A stretch of DNA of 64,000 nt from the human T2T-CHM13v2.0 reference genome, Homo sapiens (GCF_009914755.1 NC_060928.1); one strand, 5' to 3'. Counted from the first letter of the stretch, positions 14,010 through 29,843 are shown. Numbers and translations: made by a program. Notes: generated by a model not told the origin, from the letters alone.

Positions 14010-15470
14010 TGTAATAGCCTTTTTTAATAGGTACTGCTTACAGATGATGTCTCCGAGTTACAGTGAGTTTAAATAACTTGCCCAAGGTCATCCAGCTATG
14101 AGTTACAAGGAATCTGGCTTCTGAGCTCACATTACTTTGTCTTGAATTTGTTTACTTCTTTCTGTTCCCCTGCTACCATCCTGTTCTGGTCATTGTTCTC
14201 CCTCACCTGCATTATTGTATTATTGGCCCCTGTACTAGCCTTACCTCTCTTAAATCGATATTTCACACTGAAGTCAGAGTTATCTTTCAGAGATATAAAT
14301 CTGATCATATCACTTCCTATTTAAAATCCATTAACTGTTTTCGAGGACTTCAGTGATTGGCCTTTGCCTACCTGAAGGTCTAGCCTCTTTCCTCTAAACT
14401 CATCTCCCCTGTTCACAAGACTCCAGGCTTAATGGACTTTTTCTTGCCACCAGCCTTCTACATAGACTATTGAAAGATTCCTTCACATCTTCCACTCTTC
14501 TTGTCTAGCTGATTCCTATTTATCTTTAAGTCCAGGCCAAACATCATGTCTTTTGATGGGAAATGAACCCTAGAATCTAGATTCCCTTTTGATATTTTGG
14601 CATAAAGTTCCTTTTCCTAGCAGAATATTCATGGATTTTATTTTGAGCTCTTATTTAGGTTTTGTCTTTTCTACTAAGCTACAGTAGCTATGCTGTCAGA
14701 GACTTCATCCGCTTTACTCACTACTATATTCTTGAGACCTTGCTTGGTGCTTGGTATAGAGTATGTACTCAATACTAGTTGAGCAATTAAATAAATACAT
14801 ACAATACAGTGACCCTTTCAACCAAATGTGTAATCTGAACATCAGATGTGTCTGTTTCTTTTTTAATGAATAACAAGGATGGAAATGAATCCATGCTAGA
14901 AAAACTCTCAGTGAACACCAAGTTATATTGCTTATCCTAGACTTAGCAGCAGTAAGTTGGATAAAGTAATGTAACCAGAAAAATAGTCCCTGTGTTTATA
15001 CTGTTGACCAGCCCCTTATTGAAACTCGCATCTCTTGCATGGCCTTGTAGTATTGTGTTTCCTGTGTCTTTCTGATCTTGTCTTCCTTTGCATTTTGTTT
15101 CTCTTACATCTCCTCTTATGAGGGCATACTCCTGAGCTTTTTATTTAACCTGCTGGTTTTGTCCTTTTATAGTTGTGCTATTATGGATTAATCTGTATAA
15201 ATCTTTATAAATGAATCCTTACTAATCTATGTCTTCTACTACAATCACACATGGAGGTAGAGAGTGTAAAAGATGAGAACGTATTGTGCCTTTTTTAAAC
15301 CAAAAACATCATTTTTGTAAAATGTCTAATGATTTTCTTTCTAAAACATTTCTGTGTTTTATGAAAGGACAAATACAATATAATAGAACTGTAGACTTAC
15401 ATTGCTTACTGTGGTGATTTTGTTTTGTTATCTGATACAAATGAACATTTTCTTTAACATTCTTTTTCAG

Positions 15471-15548
15471 CATATTGAAGAAGTGAGTCTTTTTGGAAAA
15501 TCAGAATTAGAGAAAACTATTGAACATTTGACATGTGTTAATCATCAG
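15471..15548 (+). CDS. CEP135: CEP135 coding exon (~exon 14), 78 nt, phase 0/0
   Basis: ttttcag|CATATT...CATCAG|gtaatg; HIEEVSLFGKSELEKTIEHLTCVNHQ. Confidence 0.92.
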
Positions 15549-15624
15549 GTAATGTATCAAACTGGATTTGGGGTATCTTGTGTTATATGAATAACTATGT
15601 CAATTACAGTTTTAATACACTATT

Positions 15625-15949
15625 TTTTAATTTTAATTTTATTTTTATTTTTATTTATTTTTTGAGATGGAGTCTCGCTCTGTTGCCCCGGTTGGAGTAC
15701 AGTGGCACAATCTCAGCTCACTGCAACCTCCAACTCCAGCTTCAAGCGATTCTCCTGCCTCAGCCTCCTGAGTAGCTGTAACTACAGTTGCGTGCCACCA
15801 TGCCCGGCTAATTTTTTTTGTATTTTTAGTAGAGACGGGGTTTCACCATGTTGGCCAGGCTGGTCTCAAACTCCTGACCTGACATCGTGATCTGCCCACC
15901 TCGGCCTCCCAAAGTGCTGGGATTACAGCATGAGCCACCACGCCTGGCC
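15625..15949 (-). mobile_element. Alu (AluS-like)
   Basis: Reverse-complement dimer; TSD TAATACACT. Confidence 0.93.
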
Positions 15950-15981
15950 TAATACACTGTTTTATACAATTACAATTACAA

Positions 15982-16138
15982 TAGCTGGGCATGGTGGTGC
16001 ACACCTGTAGTCCCAGCTGCTTGGGAGGCTGAGGTGGGAGGATCACTGGACCCCAAGAATTAGAGGCTGCAGTGAGCCATGATGACACCACTGCACTCCA
16101 GCCTGGGCAACAGAGCAAGACTACAACTCCAAAAAAAA
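15982..16138 (+). mobile_element. Alu right monomer (FRAM/AluJ-like)
   Basis: tagctgggcatggtgg...ctgggcaacagagcaagact + A tail. Confidence 0.85.
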
Positions 16139-16159
16139 TCACAAAATAGTATACTAGAA

Positions 16160-16420
16160 AAGCTGTATAACAGCAGTTAGGAGTGTGTACTCTGAAGGCT
16201 GATTACTTGGGTTCAGATCCATCTTTGCCTCCTATTACCTGCAGGCAAGTTGCTTGACCTTTCTGTTCCCTGATTTCTTTATTCGTAAGTAAGAATAGTG
16301 CTAGTACTTACTCCTTAGGGTTTTTGTGAAAATTAAATGAGTTAATACATATAAAGAACTTAGAAGCGTGCCTGGCATATTGTAAGCTCTTAGTAGGTAT
16401 TAGCTATGATTATTGTTGTT
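16160..16420 (+). mobile_element. MIR SINE
   Basis: ttgggttcagatcc...gcaagttgcttgacct...aattaaatgagttaatacatataaag...gcctggcata. Confidence 0.75.
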
Positions 16421-16444
16421 TTGCTGTTATAAAAAAATCATATA

Positions 16445-16750
16445 GGCCAGGCATAGTGGCTCATGCCTATAATCCCAACACTTTGGGAGGCCAAGGTGAG
16501 GCAGGTGGATCAGTTGAGCCCAAGATTTTGAGACCAGCCTGGGTAAGATAGTGATACCCCATCTCTACAAAAAATTTACAAATTGGCCAGGCATGGTGGC
16601 ATGCACCTGTGGTGCCAGCTACTTGGGAGGCTGAAGTAAGAGGATCACTGGAACCTGGGAGTTCAAGGCTGTAGTGAGCTGTGATCACACCACTGCACTC
16701 CAGTCTGGGTGACAGAGCAAGACCCTGTCTCCAAAAAAAGAAAAAAAAAA
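16445..16750 (+). mobile_element. Alu (AluJ-like)
   Basis: Full dimer, A tail. Confidence 0.9.
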
Positions 16751-16835
16751 TTATACAGAGGTAGAGTAAAAAGAGAAATTCACTTCCATTCTTTATTACT
16801 CTCTCTGGAGATAGGATTTTTAACAATTTGGTATG

Positions 16836-16975
16836 TTTCTGTTTTTATAATTTCAACTTTTATTTTAGATTCAGGGGTACATGTACAGTTTGTTATATGG
16901 GTATACTGTGTGATGCTGAGATTTGGGGTACAATTGATCCCATCACCCAGGTAGTGAGCATAGTACCCAATAGTT
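16836..16975 (-). mobile_element. Short L1PA/PB 3' terminal fragment
   Basis: ttttagattcaggggtacatgtacagtttgtta...cccatcacccaggtagtgagcatagtacccaatag. Confidence 0.8.
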
Positions 16976-18461
16976 TGTCAACCTTTGATGTGTTTTGTTT
17001 TGGCTGGCTTCTATTACTATGCCTTCACTGTTTTAATATATTTGCCTTCTAATTCTGTCATCTGAGTTGGTTGAAGTGTCACCTCATCATGGATTATATT
17101 TTCCTGTATCTTTATGTGCCTGGTAATTTAATTTTAGGTTGGATGCCAGACATTGTGAATCTTACCTTCTTGGTTGCTAGATAGTTTGTATTACTATGAA
17201 ATACTGTTGAGGTTTGTTCTGGGATGCAGTTAAATTATATGGAAGTAGCCTGATCCTTTTCAGTCTTGCCGTTAAGCTTTGTTAGGTGGGATCAAAGTAG
17301 CCTTTAGTCTTGGAGTAATTTTTTTTCACTACTGAGATAAAACCCTTTTGAGTACGCTACCTGTTGTCCTATGAATTATGAGATTTTCAAATGACTGATG
17401 GGCACAGGAACTTTTCCTGGCCCTGCATGAGCTCTGAGTATTGTTCCCTCTAATTTGTTCGTGGTTCTTTCCCTGGCCTTGGGTAGTTTACTCTGTGCTG
17501 AGCTCTACTCAGCCGAAAACTTAAAGGGTACCCTTTATAGATCTGTGGAGCTCTCACTCTTTGCACCTCTCCTCTAATACCTGTCCTGCAAACTTTAGCT
17601 GCCTTGGCCTTCTTTGACTGTCATGCCTGTCTTCTGAACTTGGGGCAGACCACTGGGTTCCATATCGGTTCCTTTCCCTGTGTCACAGTTTGGAAATTCT
17701 CCAGGCAATAAGTTGGAGCAAATGTAAAGCTCATCACATTTGTTTCCTGTCTCTCAGGGGTCACCGGTCATCATTGCCTGGTGCCTATTGTCCTGAAAAC
17801 CATAGTTTCACATATCTAATCCAACTTTTTAGTTATTTCAGGCGGAAGAGTAAATCTGGTCTCTATCACTCCAGCTTGACCAGAAGCTAAAAGCAGTAAT
17901 ATTAATTACTGGAAAATGTATCTGAAGAAAGTACTAGAAGTCATTGGAAAGAAACAAAGAAATAAGAAAATATTTTAAAAGTTAAAATGTTGGAGAATAG
18001 CCTGAGAAGATCTAATATTCAGACTAATATTTAGTTAGGACTCAAGGAGGACATAATAGAATGTGGGAGAGAGAGTATTTGAAGAGATAATGATTGATGA
18101 TTTTCTAGATATGAAAACACAGGAACCCCCTGATTCAAAATGAATTCCAAAAGCATGACAAATCCCAAGCAAGATAAATAAAAAGAAAATGCATACAATT
18201 TTAGTAGTCATGAATAATACAATTTACCTATGGATAAATTTACAGAATCTTTATAGGAAACATTATGCAACCATATTGAAAGTCATTAAAGAAAGCCTAA
18301 ATAAGTGGAGGATTATATCAGGTTTATAAAAAAGGTATAAAAATAACATAAATTTTCCCCAACTTGATCTATAGAGTTGAGGTAGCTGTAGCTGAAATCC
18401 CAATAAGAGTGTGGGGGGCGGGGGGTGAGGGGGAAGAATTGACAATAGATCTTAAAATTTA

Positions 18462-19170
<709 letters not shown>

Positions 19171-20685
19171 CATAATAAAACAACAGGGATTGGGAGAGAC
19201 TGATCAAACCCAGTAGAGAGCAAACCCACAAATGTAAGAATTTGATCTGTGAAGTAACTCAGATCAGTGGGAAAAGGAATGATTATTCACTAATTGTTTC
19301 TCAGACTATTGGCTATTCATATTTTAAAAGGAAAAAATTGGATCCTAACTCAAATATGCCACACCCAAAAATCAGTTAAAGGTTACTTACAGCCTTGAAT
19401 GTTCAAGATATTACTACATTTTTTAAAGAAATGCAGAAGATCTTTTTGACCTTGGAGAAATAATAATATCAGTCATTTATATAGCATTCACTATGTTTCA
19501 GATACTTTTCTCAACATTTTATACCCAATTATTTTAATTTTCATAACAGTCATATAAAGTAAATGCTAATATTGTCCTCATTTCACAAATAAGGAAACTG
19601 AGGCAGAGGGGAAACTTGCCTAAGATCACACAGCTAGCAGATGTCTGGTGCCAGAATGTGTGCCCCTAAACAAGACACAAACACAAATAAATTTATTCCT
19701 TAAAGGAAAACACTGATAAATAGGACCACATTGGCAAAAAAAAATCTTTGTTTATCTACTTAACTATAAATTGAAAAGATAAGCCACTGATAGAACAGTT
19801 TGCTACACATTTAATCCCCCTCCCCTGAAAAAGCCTCAACAGAAGATGTGAATAAACTCTTTATGGAGGAAGAAATTACAAATGGCTAATAAACATAAAA
19901 GATATTCTACCTCAATAATGGGGGAAATGTAAATTAAAACAGTAAAATCATTTTACATCAAGGCATTAGAAATTATCAAGTTGTAACATATATTAGCAAA
20001 TATGTGTAGCTCCTAGGAGTGCAAACTTCATATCTGTTCCAAAAAAATTGGTGTTATCTAGCAAAGGCATACCCTATGAGCCAACAATTCCCTTTCTAGA
20101 TATGTACCAGATATGATGGAGCTCAGCAAAATATGATCCCCAGGGCAAATGCAGCCTCCAGTCTGTTTTTGCAGCATGGTTTTGCTCATTTATTTACATA
20201 TTGTCTGTGACTGCTTTTGTGCTGTGATGGAGTAGTGGTGACTGATCCATCTTCTTTTTTCTTGTAAATTTTTTTCCTTTTGTTAGTAATTGACTTTGTT
20301 TTGGTTTGCTTTGCTTTTTGTTACCTGGTTTTCATTGAACCTATTGCTAATTTTTGTCAAGAGTTCCATTATCTCTGACTTATGCCTTTAAATATGTTTT
20401 GAATACACAAACATCAGTTTCAGTTTTTTCTTCTAAAAACCTCGCTTCTAGAGCTGTGTATTCTTATTCCTTTACTGTCATTTTAGCAATGCTTTCAGAG
20501 GGAGGGGAGATAAAATATGTGTGGTCAGTCCACAGTTTTAACTGGAAGACTTACATTTATTACTAATATTTATTGGTTTTAAAATTTAAATGTAGGTCAT
20601 TTTCCCATCTAGAATTTATTTTTGTATGTAAAATAAAGAAGAAATCCAGCTAAGTTGTTTTTCCAGTGACTGTTTGTCCCTACAC

Positions 20686-21426
<741 letters not shown>

Positions 21427-22123
21427 TATAATAACTTTATAGTTTGTTTTGATATCTCATAAAGCAAGTATACTTGTATTTTTTCCAAAAATTTTTCCTG
21501 TTTTTTTCTTTTTTTTTTTTTTTGTAAATGAATTTAGAATCAAATCTAAGCCATCCCCATTTTTAAAAAGCTTGTGTTAGAATTGTATTGGAATTCCATT
21601 GAATTTACTATTATTTGAGGAAATTTTAGTGTATTTACAATATTGTGCTCCCATCAAGAAACATTGTGTTGCCTGTACATTATGTCAGGTTATATTCTGT
21701 GCTTTTCAGGAAAATTATACTGTTTCTTCACATAGATCTTGCCCACTTTGTGTTTGGGTTACAGTGTTTTGTGCTGTGTTTTTTTCCCCTCAATTCAGTC
21801 CTATTTACTTATTGTGTTTTAGAAATTCCCCAAAATTTTCACTCTGCCAGTGGTTTCCTTCCTGTTTCATTGCTGTTATAGATATATTCTTTTCTCTTCG
21901 TGCTTTTTATATTTTGTTTGTATCTTTAATGGTAGTGAGGAGAAAGAAATTTTACACCCATTCTGACTCTTAGAACCTAAACTGTACACATGACTTATAA
22001 AGTTTTTTTAAAAATAAATCTATTTTCTTAGTTTTCTTCCGGAAATATTATTAAAGAGTGCCTAAGAAAAATATCATTAACGTATTAAGATATATACCTA
22101 CTGTTTTTTTATTTAAATTATAG

Positions 22124-22275
22124 CTTGAAAGCGAAAAATATGAATTAAAGTCTAAAGTGTTAATAATGAAAGAAACAATAGAGTCGTTAGAGAACAAATT
22201 AAAAGTCCAAGCTCAAAAATTTAGCCATGTGGCTGGTGACTCATCTCATCAGAAAACAGAGGTGAACTCACTTAG
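22124..22275 (+). CDS. CEP135: CEP135 coding exon (~exon 15), 152 nt
   Basis: ttatag|CTTGAA...CTTAG|gtaagt; LESEKYELKSKVLIMKETIESLENKLKVQAQKFSHVAGDSSHQKTEVNSL(R). Confidence 0.93.
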
Positions 22276-24454
22276 GTAAGTTTATTCAAAATTTTCTAAT
22301 TTCATTTCTGGGAATGTGTTTGTGGTTATGTAAAGTTTATAATCATGGCATTTTGGACTGGGCCTTTGTGCAGTAGTTTTAGAAGTTGGCTTTGCAGTAG
22401 ACTCACCTGGGAGCTTTTGAAAAGTATGAATTTAAGGGGCTGATTTTGGGAGGTTCTAATTCACTGAGAATCTACTGGGGTAGGTTTTGGGTATCTGTGT
22501 TTTTTAAAAGAAATTTCACAGATTAATATGATTGCAGGCAAAGTTTTTCAACCTTCTTTTGAAATCCTCTTAAATACTTCAGATCATTTGTATTTCATAG
22601 TGTAAGATACTGAAAATTACAGAATTGTTTACTACCTATGCCATTTTCTTTCTCTTTCTTGCCTCTTTCAGTGAAACGTAAAGTCAAAGAATTTACCTCC
22701 AATTTTTAACCCTTTCTGACTTAGAAACAGAAGTTTTTAAGTAGGGAGGTAAGACATATCAATAGTGTTCCTTTTAGGAAGCTAACTTTGGTGGAAATAT
22801 GGAACATGGATTTCAAGTCTTAGAGATTGATGGCAAAAAAAGGAGACCGAGGATCTGGACTGAAGCAGTGGTAATGAACTTAGAGAACAGAGACCAAATT
22901 TAAGAAACACTTTTTATATAAAATCAAAAGGTTTAGATGACTAATATGGGGCTGAGAAATACGATAAGTAGAACATTTACCTTAGCATATTGGGTTGTTG
23001 GTTAGTCATTAATTAATTTAGAATACAGAAGACTCAAGGAAACAAAAGGCAAACAAAGCTTTTTTTCTGATCAGAGTAGCTGCAATAAGTAACAAGATAA
23101 TGAAGGTCGGAATAAGGGGACCGCTCTGAAGAATCTGAGGAAATACCTCTCTCTAAATTACATTTGCAGTCAGAATCAGGAAAAGATTTTCAAATGTCAG
23201 CAAGACATTACATCTGTGAAACATTTAGTCATGAAACAGTGACAACTTGAGATCAGAAAGGATTATAGTAATGACACTTTAAAAAAAAGATTTAACAAAT
23301 TAAAACTGAAAAGTTAGTGAATGGCATTGGATATTGGCAGAAAACTGAGTTGGTGAAATAGAAAAAACAAACTGATGAAAGTCACCCAGAACTCCAAAGA
23401 ACAAAAGTAAATGATGAGAAAAAAGACATAGTTCCAATATACAAAAAACTAGGAATCACAAAAGTATATAGTAAACAGAGCAAATACGAGAATCAAAGGA
23501 ATTAGGAAAAGAAAAGTCTGAGACTGTAGTTCATAAGGGTTCTCTGATTGTCTAATGACTTAATGAAATAAGACCAAGAACTGGGTGTGTCTAGTTAATT
23601 AAGGAATACTATATTAGCGACTCATAAAGAGCATCTCCAGTTTTGTTCTTTTGCTTCTCTGACGATAGTTTTGGTAGGTTAGACCTCAGGAAGAACTAAA
23701 GTAGATACTGCTTTTTTCTTTGCTTTTTTCTGTGAGAGGAGAGCTGAATGGACTGGTATCTCCTCTGGCTCATGTCTGGATTCAGCTCTAAAGTACAGAT
23801 AACATGACATATTCTTGTCATCCAGAATTTCACTTGTCACTTTCGTGTCCAGCTGACTGGATCTAGCATGTAATCCATTTTGTTTTTCCTTGAGATTATG
23901 GCTGAAACACCTCTTTTCCTCACAGGAGGCTGTTTCCAGTCTTAGAAGGCAGAGCTCTCAGTGCCCTTTCTTGGATAACCTAGCCTATAGCTCCTTTGGA
24001 GTTTTATTTCTTGTACTACTACTAATATCCTTTTCTCTTATGAGCTCAATCAGCCTCTTCCCTCACCTAGGAGTAATTCAGTCACTGGGCTATTGTGAGA
24101 ATTTTTGTCTACCTTTCTACCAGGTTACCTTGTATAACCTGGGGATATGGCATTATTTTATAACTTTATTTTGCTCTAACAGAAAAATATGACTTATCTT
24201 GTCTCTTAGGAAAGTGTATCAATCATATTCTCCATATCAGTAAGTATTGGTAGAACCATGAGTTGAAACCATTGAATCCAAGTCTAAAGCGAAACCAAAT
24301 ACAAACCATGATACCCGGCACTCTTGGGAAGTAAAACTACATTATCTAAACCTTTTGCCACTTTCAGTATGATTAATAGAGCTCTTGCTACCCCTTTGAT
24401 CACATCATGTTCTCTTTTCCTTGACATGAAGACATTTAAGAAGCTGAGAGTCAG

Positions 24455-25185
<731 letters not shown>

Positions 25186-25422
25186 TAATTGTCCAAATAG
25201 AGAATCTTTTGTCTAGTTTCTTTGTCTGTTGTCAGAGCACATAATATAAAATCTCACTTTTAACCATGTTTTAAAGTTAAATTACTGTCATCTCCCTTTA
25301 ATTACAGCATTTAATGAGATCTGGCATTTTATACCCCAGATCAAAGCTACAGAATGCTGTAAAGGAACTTTTGTCTACCCGGGAAGGTTATTCCCCTGGA
25401 GCATGCTAGCCAGTCTTTAGAG

Positions 25423-25945
25423 CTGAGGTCAACAGTCTTTTTTTTCCTTGTAAATAGACAAGAGTCAATATTTTAGACTAAGCTTATCCAACCCACCGTA
25501 TTTTGTTGTTGTCTGTTTTGTTTTGTTTTAGGCTTTCAGCAGCCTGAAGCCATGGTTTTTAGTCTGTCTCTAGTAATAAGCGAAACAGAGGGTTGAGGAA
25601 GAGACTTTACTGGCCCAACCAGAAACAGAACCTAAGAACCTGTGACTGTATTATCTCGCTTGGACACCCTGTTAGACTGTGCCGGCTATATAGTTTATGT
25701 CACACCTGCTTAACACTGCCCTTGTAGCTTGAAAGTAGCCCTAGGCAATATATAAAATGAAGTAGTGTGGTATGGACACTGAAATTTTGATTTCATATAA
25801 TTTTCATATGTCACTAAATAATAATTTTCTATTGAAATTTTTTTTAGTCGTTTAAACATATAAAAACCATTTAAACATGTAAAAACCATTTACACCACTC
25901 AGGCCTTACGGAAATTGGCATCCAGCTGTAGTTTGTCAACCCCTG
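25423..25945. mobile_element. MER58B-like MITE containing a nested hAT MITE (25479-25671, MER30/MER107-like)
   Basis: Outer end tagtttgtcaacccctg; inner termini aagcttatccaa / ttggacaccctg flanked by TTAGAC. Confidence 0.7.
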
Positions 25946-26309
25946 CTCAAGGAAAAATTGTTTCCAGCCCAGTTAGACAACTCAGTTTTCTCAGTCAAGC
26001 CCCTAGTAAACATCCTTAAGCCTCACAACTGCGAGCTATGAGGCTCTAAACAATGAGAATCCTGCAGCTGAAAATACTGTCAGACTGTCCTCAGTTCACC
26101 TTAGTCTTTATCTGTGTATGTTCAAAACCAGAGGGTATACTCTTATCTAGGATCAAATAGATGCTGTAGCAGATTTTCCTGGAAATGACCCATAAAGTCT
26201 ATCCCATATATATTAGTTGTTTTACTAGGATTTCTTTAGGTGTATTCAGAAAACCAAATGTAACTAGTCTCCCATGAGAAGTATTTATTTTTTAAGGTAA
26301 TTGATAACC

Positions 26310-26548
26310 ATTTTATTTTATTTTACTTATTTTGAGACAGGGTCTCACTCTGTCAGGCTGGAGTGCAGTGGCACAATCATGGTTCACTGAAACCTTGACC
26401 TCCTGGCTCAAGCAGTCTTCCCACCTCAGCCTCCTGAGTAGCTGGGACTATAGGCATGCACCACTACACTCAGCTAATTTTTAAAAATGTTTGTGGAGAC
26501 AGGGTCTCACAATGTTGCCCAGGCTGTTCTTGAGCTCCTGGGCTCAAG
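26310..26548 (-). mobile_element. Alu (AluJ-like, 5' truncated)
   Basis: Reverse-complement Alu. Confidence 0.85.
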
Positions 26549-28771
26549 AGAGGACCATTTTAGATAAGCCAAAGAAGACTCATAAGTTATCTGGATGCTT
26601 AAGAACTGTCTTCTGGGCATTCCTAACATTTTTTTTTCTACCAGGACAGGAAGAGGAACCAGAGCCCTGAGTGAGGATGGCTGAGTTTGTGGATCTAGAA
26701 TTGAAAGGGTCAAGGGATCTAGGGCCACTAGTTACAACCATCATCCCCATCCAGAAATCTAAAAGAAAATCCAGTCCTAATTTCTTTTCCCTCTCTGGCT
26801 GATCAAGAGATGATACTTATTCATCTTTCTTAGTGGTAGGCTATAACCATAGACTCCTGGGAGAAATCTAAAATAAAAACAGGGATACCACATCAGTCTC
26901 CGTCTTTTTTTTTTTTTTCTAATAGGCCATTAAAATTCCAAACCCATCTTTCCTTTCTTAGATGGTGCTTTAGCTCCATTTTAGAACTTGAACACTTCGT
27001 ATGAACAGAGGATCCTTTAAGATGCTGTCTTTGTTTAAAATTTACTGCATTATGATGGAAATAATTACCTTTGTCCCCTAAATGAGATCATGTGTAGCTC
27101 CATGTAATACAATATAACTGAGGAATTTGAATCTCAAAGAGATGGACCTCTACCCAGTCACATCTGCTAAGTGGAGAGCCAGAACTTAAGTTCATTTTTA
27201 TTGCTTCACTCTCTGGTGAGAAGTTGTTACTTCCCTTTGCTACGTTTATAGCATTTTCGAAGCTAAGAAACTGGTTCATTTTTCCTAACTTGATTCTCAA
27301 AATTTCCTTTCCAAACACGATTATGAACAACTAATAATGGCAGTCACTCAACTATTCTTTCCTATGACTTTTACACCTCAACTGTTTCGTTGAGAGGACC
27401 TTTATCTTAGCAAAACTTTGGTCGGAAAAGTTACATTGAAGGTCTGGTATCTAGTCTCTGTTTTCTTCTCTTTCTACCCTAGAATATAAAAAGACGAAGC
27501 TACTTTTAGGGCCCACCTAAGGGCTTCCTTTATATGTATATATATCAATCAAGATGTGATCCTGCCTTTGTCAACCCCACTTTCATTAGGACGTCACCCT
27601 GCTTTATGAAGTTAGATATAAAGCAGTCTTTACATTTCTACCTGGAATTTCAAGCACTGCCAACTGCTCAGTGTCCTTCATTAAGGTTTCTGCGGGTCAT
27701 TCTGTTTTTGAAAGGACTCCGTATAGCTTCCTGGCAGGCATTTTCTCTTTCACGTAGAGGAGGTTGGCCTTCCTATATTCTGCAAAGAAGGCATTATGAT
27801 GTAGTAGAAGAACATTGTTATAATGTTAGACTAGCCTTAATTTGCATATTTTCTTTGCCCTTACTTTCTTTGTGACCTTGGACAAGTTTTTTTGTTGTTT
27901 GTATTCAGTTGGGATAACAGTTCTAATTATGGAACCGTCCTAATTATGGTACTGTTCTAGGAATAAATGAGCTAATATGTACAAAGTACCACTCTCTGTT
28001 GTTATATCCCATGGAACAGCAGTTCTAGCTTTTAGGAATAGTGTGAATACGGTGCAGTCACCTGAACCTGAACCTCACACATAATTTTAGGAAGTAAGAT
28101 TGCTTGAACCTAATGTCTTTCTAACTTGGTTTTGTTTAGTTTTGCAAGTCTAAATAAATCAGTCCCAACTTGACTCTCCTCCCTACCTCTTGATCATCAT
28201 TCACTTGCTGTTAGAACAGTCAGGGTCATGTGTTTTGTCTTTCAGAATACCTCAATACTGCCAGTAAAACTTCTTCATTCCTATAAAGATGTCCCTTCTT
28301 ATTCGTGGTTTTGGAATTCAAACCTCCTTCCCTTTAGGCGATTCTAAGCTAAGCTACCCTCAGTATCTTTTTCCATGTCTTATTCCTCAAAAGGAAGCCT
28401 AAAAGGAATCCATGGAAATTCCTAATAAATACTCTGAGGTGAGAGCCATGTCTTTTCAGCAAGGCAGGATTGTGAAGTCTCAGGTCAGGGCTAAAAGTGT
28501 TCTGAAGACTCTGCATGACATGAAAGCAAATTTTTACTGTTAAACCTTCCAGGAACGTTACTTCTGACAAATAATCCTACTGATCAGTAACAGATTTCTC
28601 TGAAATCATCTTTGTCGTTAACCATGTAGGCCGCTGTACATCCTTTCTTTTGCTCCCTGAACCAAGTCTTCAATCTGCAGGAAATGCCTACTTTCCCTGC
28701 TTTCTGTCACTCCATTTGACTACCCGGCCAAAAAGTCAGAATAAGAAGCAATATTAAAAGTTCACAGGTCA

Positions 28772-29074
<303 letters not shown>

Positions 29075-29491
29075 TCACTGGTTGAGATGGTTAGGATTTA
29101 TGGCTAGTGCTTTGAAATGCCAGGTCATACTGTAAGAACAGGATTTTTCCTTTGCCTCCACTATTGGAAAAAGATTTAAAGGAGAGGGGGTTAACATTAG
29201 GAAACTAAGAAGAGCTTTAAAACTACCAAGAAGCTACTAGAAAAGAGCACACAATTAATTTGATTTTTATACTATATTATTTTTAGGAAGATGGAACCAT
29301 TTTGGAGAAGAATAGTGGACAGCAAGAAATAATAATATATAATGCCATAGATTATACTGGAGGAGCTTTAAAATAAAAAATAGCAAACTTTAAAAATAAG
29401 ACATCAAAATATTTTTAAGAAATCTCATTTTTTAAACGTATTTCTATGAGAGATAAAGAATACCATTTGTTTTTGTCCATTGATTCTTTAG

Positions 29492-29607
29492 GATAGTGAA
29501 TGAGCAGCTACAGCGGTCAGTTGATGACTATCAGCACCGACTTTCCATAAAAAGAGGTGAACTTGAATCAGCCCAAGCACAAATTAAAATACTGGAGGAA
29601 AAGATAG
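29492..29607 (+). CDS. CEP135: CEP135 coding exon (~exon 16), 116 nt
   Basis: ctttag|GATAGT...AAGATAG|gtaaat; IVNEQLQRSVDDYQHRLSIKRGELESAQAQIKILEEKI. Confidence 0.93.
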
Positions 29608-29680
29608 GTAAATGTTTTAAAATTTTGTTTCTGCTAATCCTAATGTACTTTGTCTAACAAACATTTCTTTTCATTTGTAG

Positions 29681-29835
29681 ATGAACTAAACCTTAAGATG
29701 ACTTCACAGGATGAGGAGGCTCATGTAATGAAAAAGACCATTGGTGTTATTGATAAAGAAAAAGACTTTCTCCAGGAGACTGTAGATGAGAAGACAGAAA
29801 AGATTGCAAATTTGCAAGAAAACCTAGCTAATAAA
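29681..29835 (+). CDS. CEP135: CEP135 coding exon (~exon 17), 155 nt
   Basis: ttgtag|ATGAAC...AATAAA|gtatgt; (D)ELNLKMTSQDEEAHVMKKTIGVIDKEKDFLQETVDEKTEKIANLQENLANK. Confidence 0.93.
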
Positions 29836-29843
29836 GTATGTGA

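Noticed and set aside
18413-18434. G-run cluster GGGGGGCGGGGGGTGAGGGGG (possible G-quadruplex)
   Set aside because: Isolated, within an old L1-like remnant, deep intronic; no supporting context
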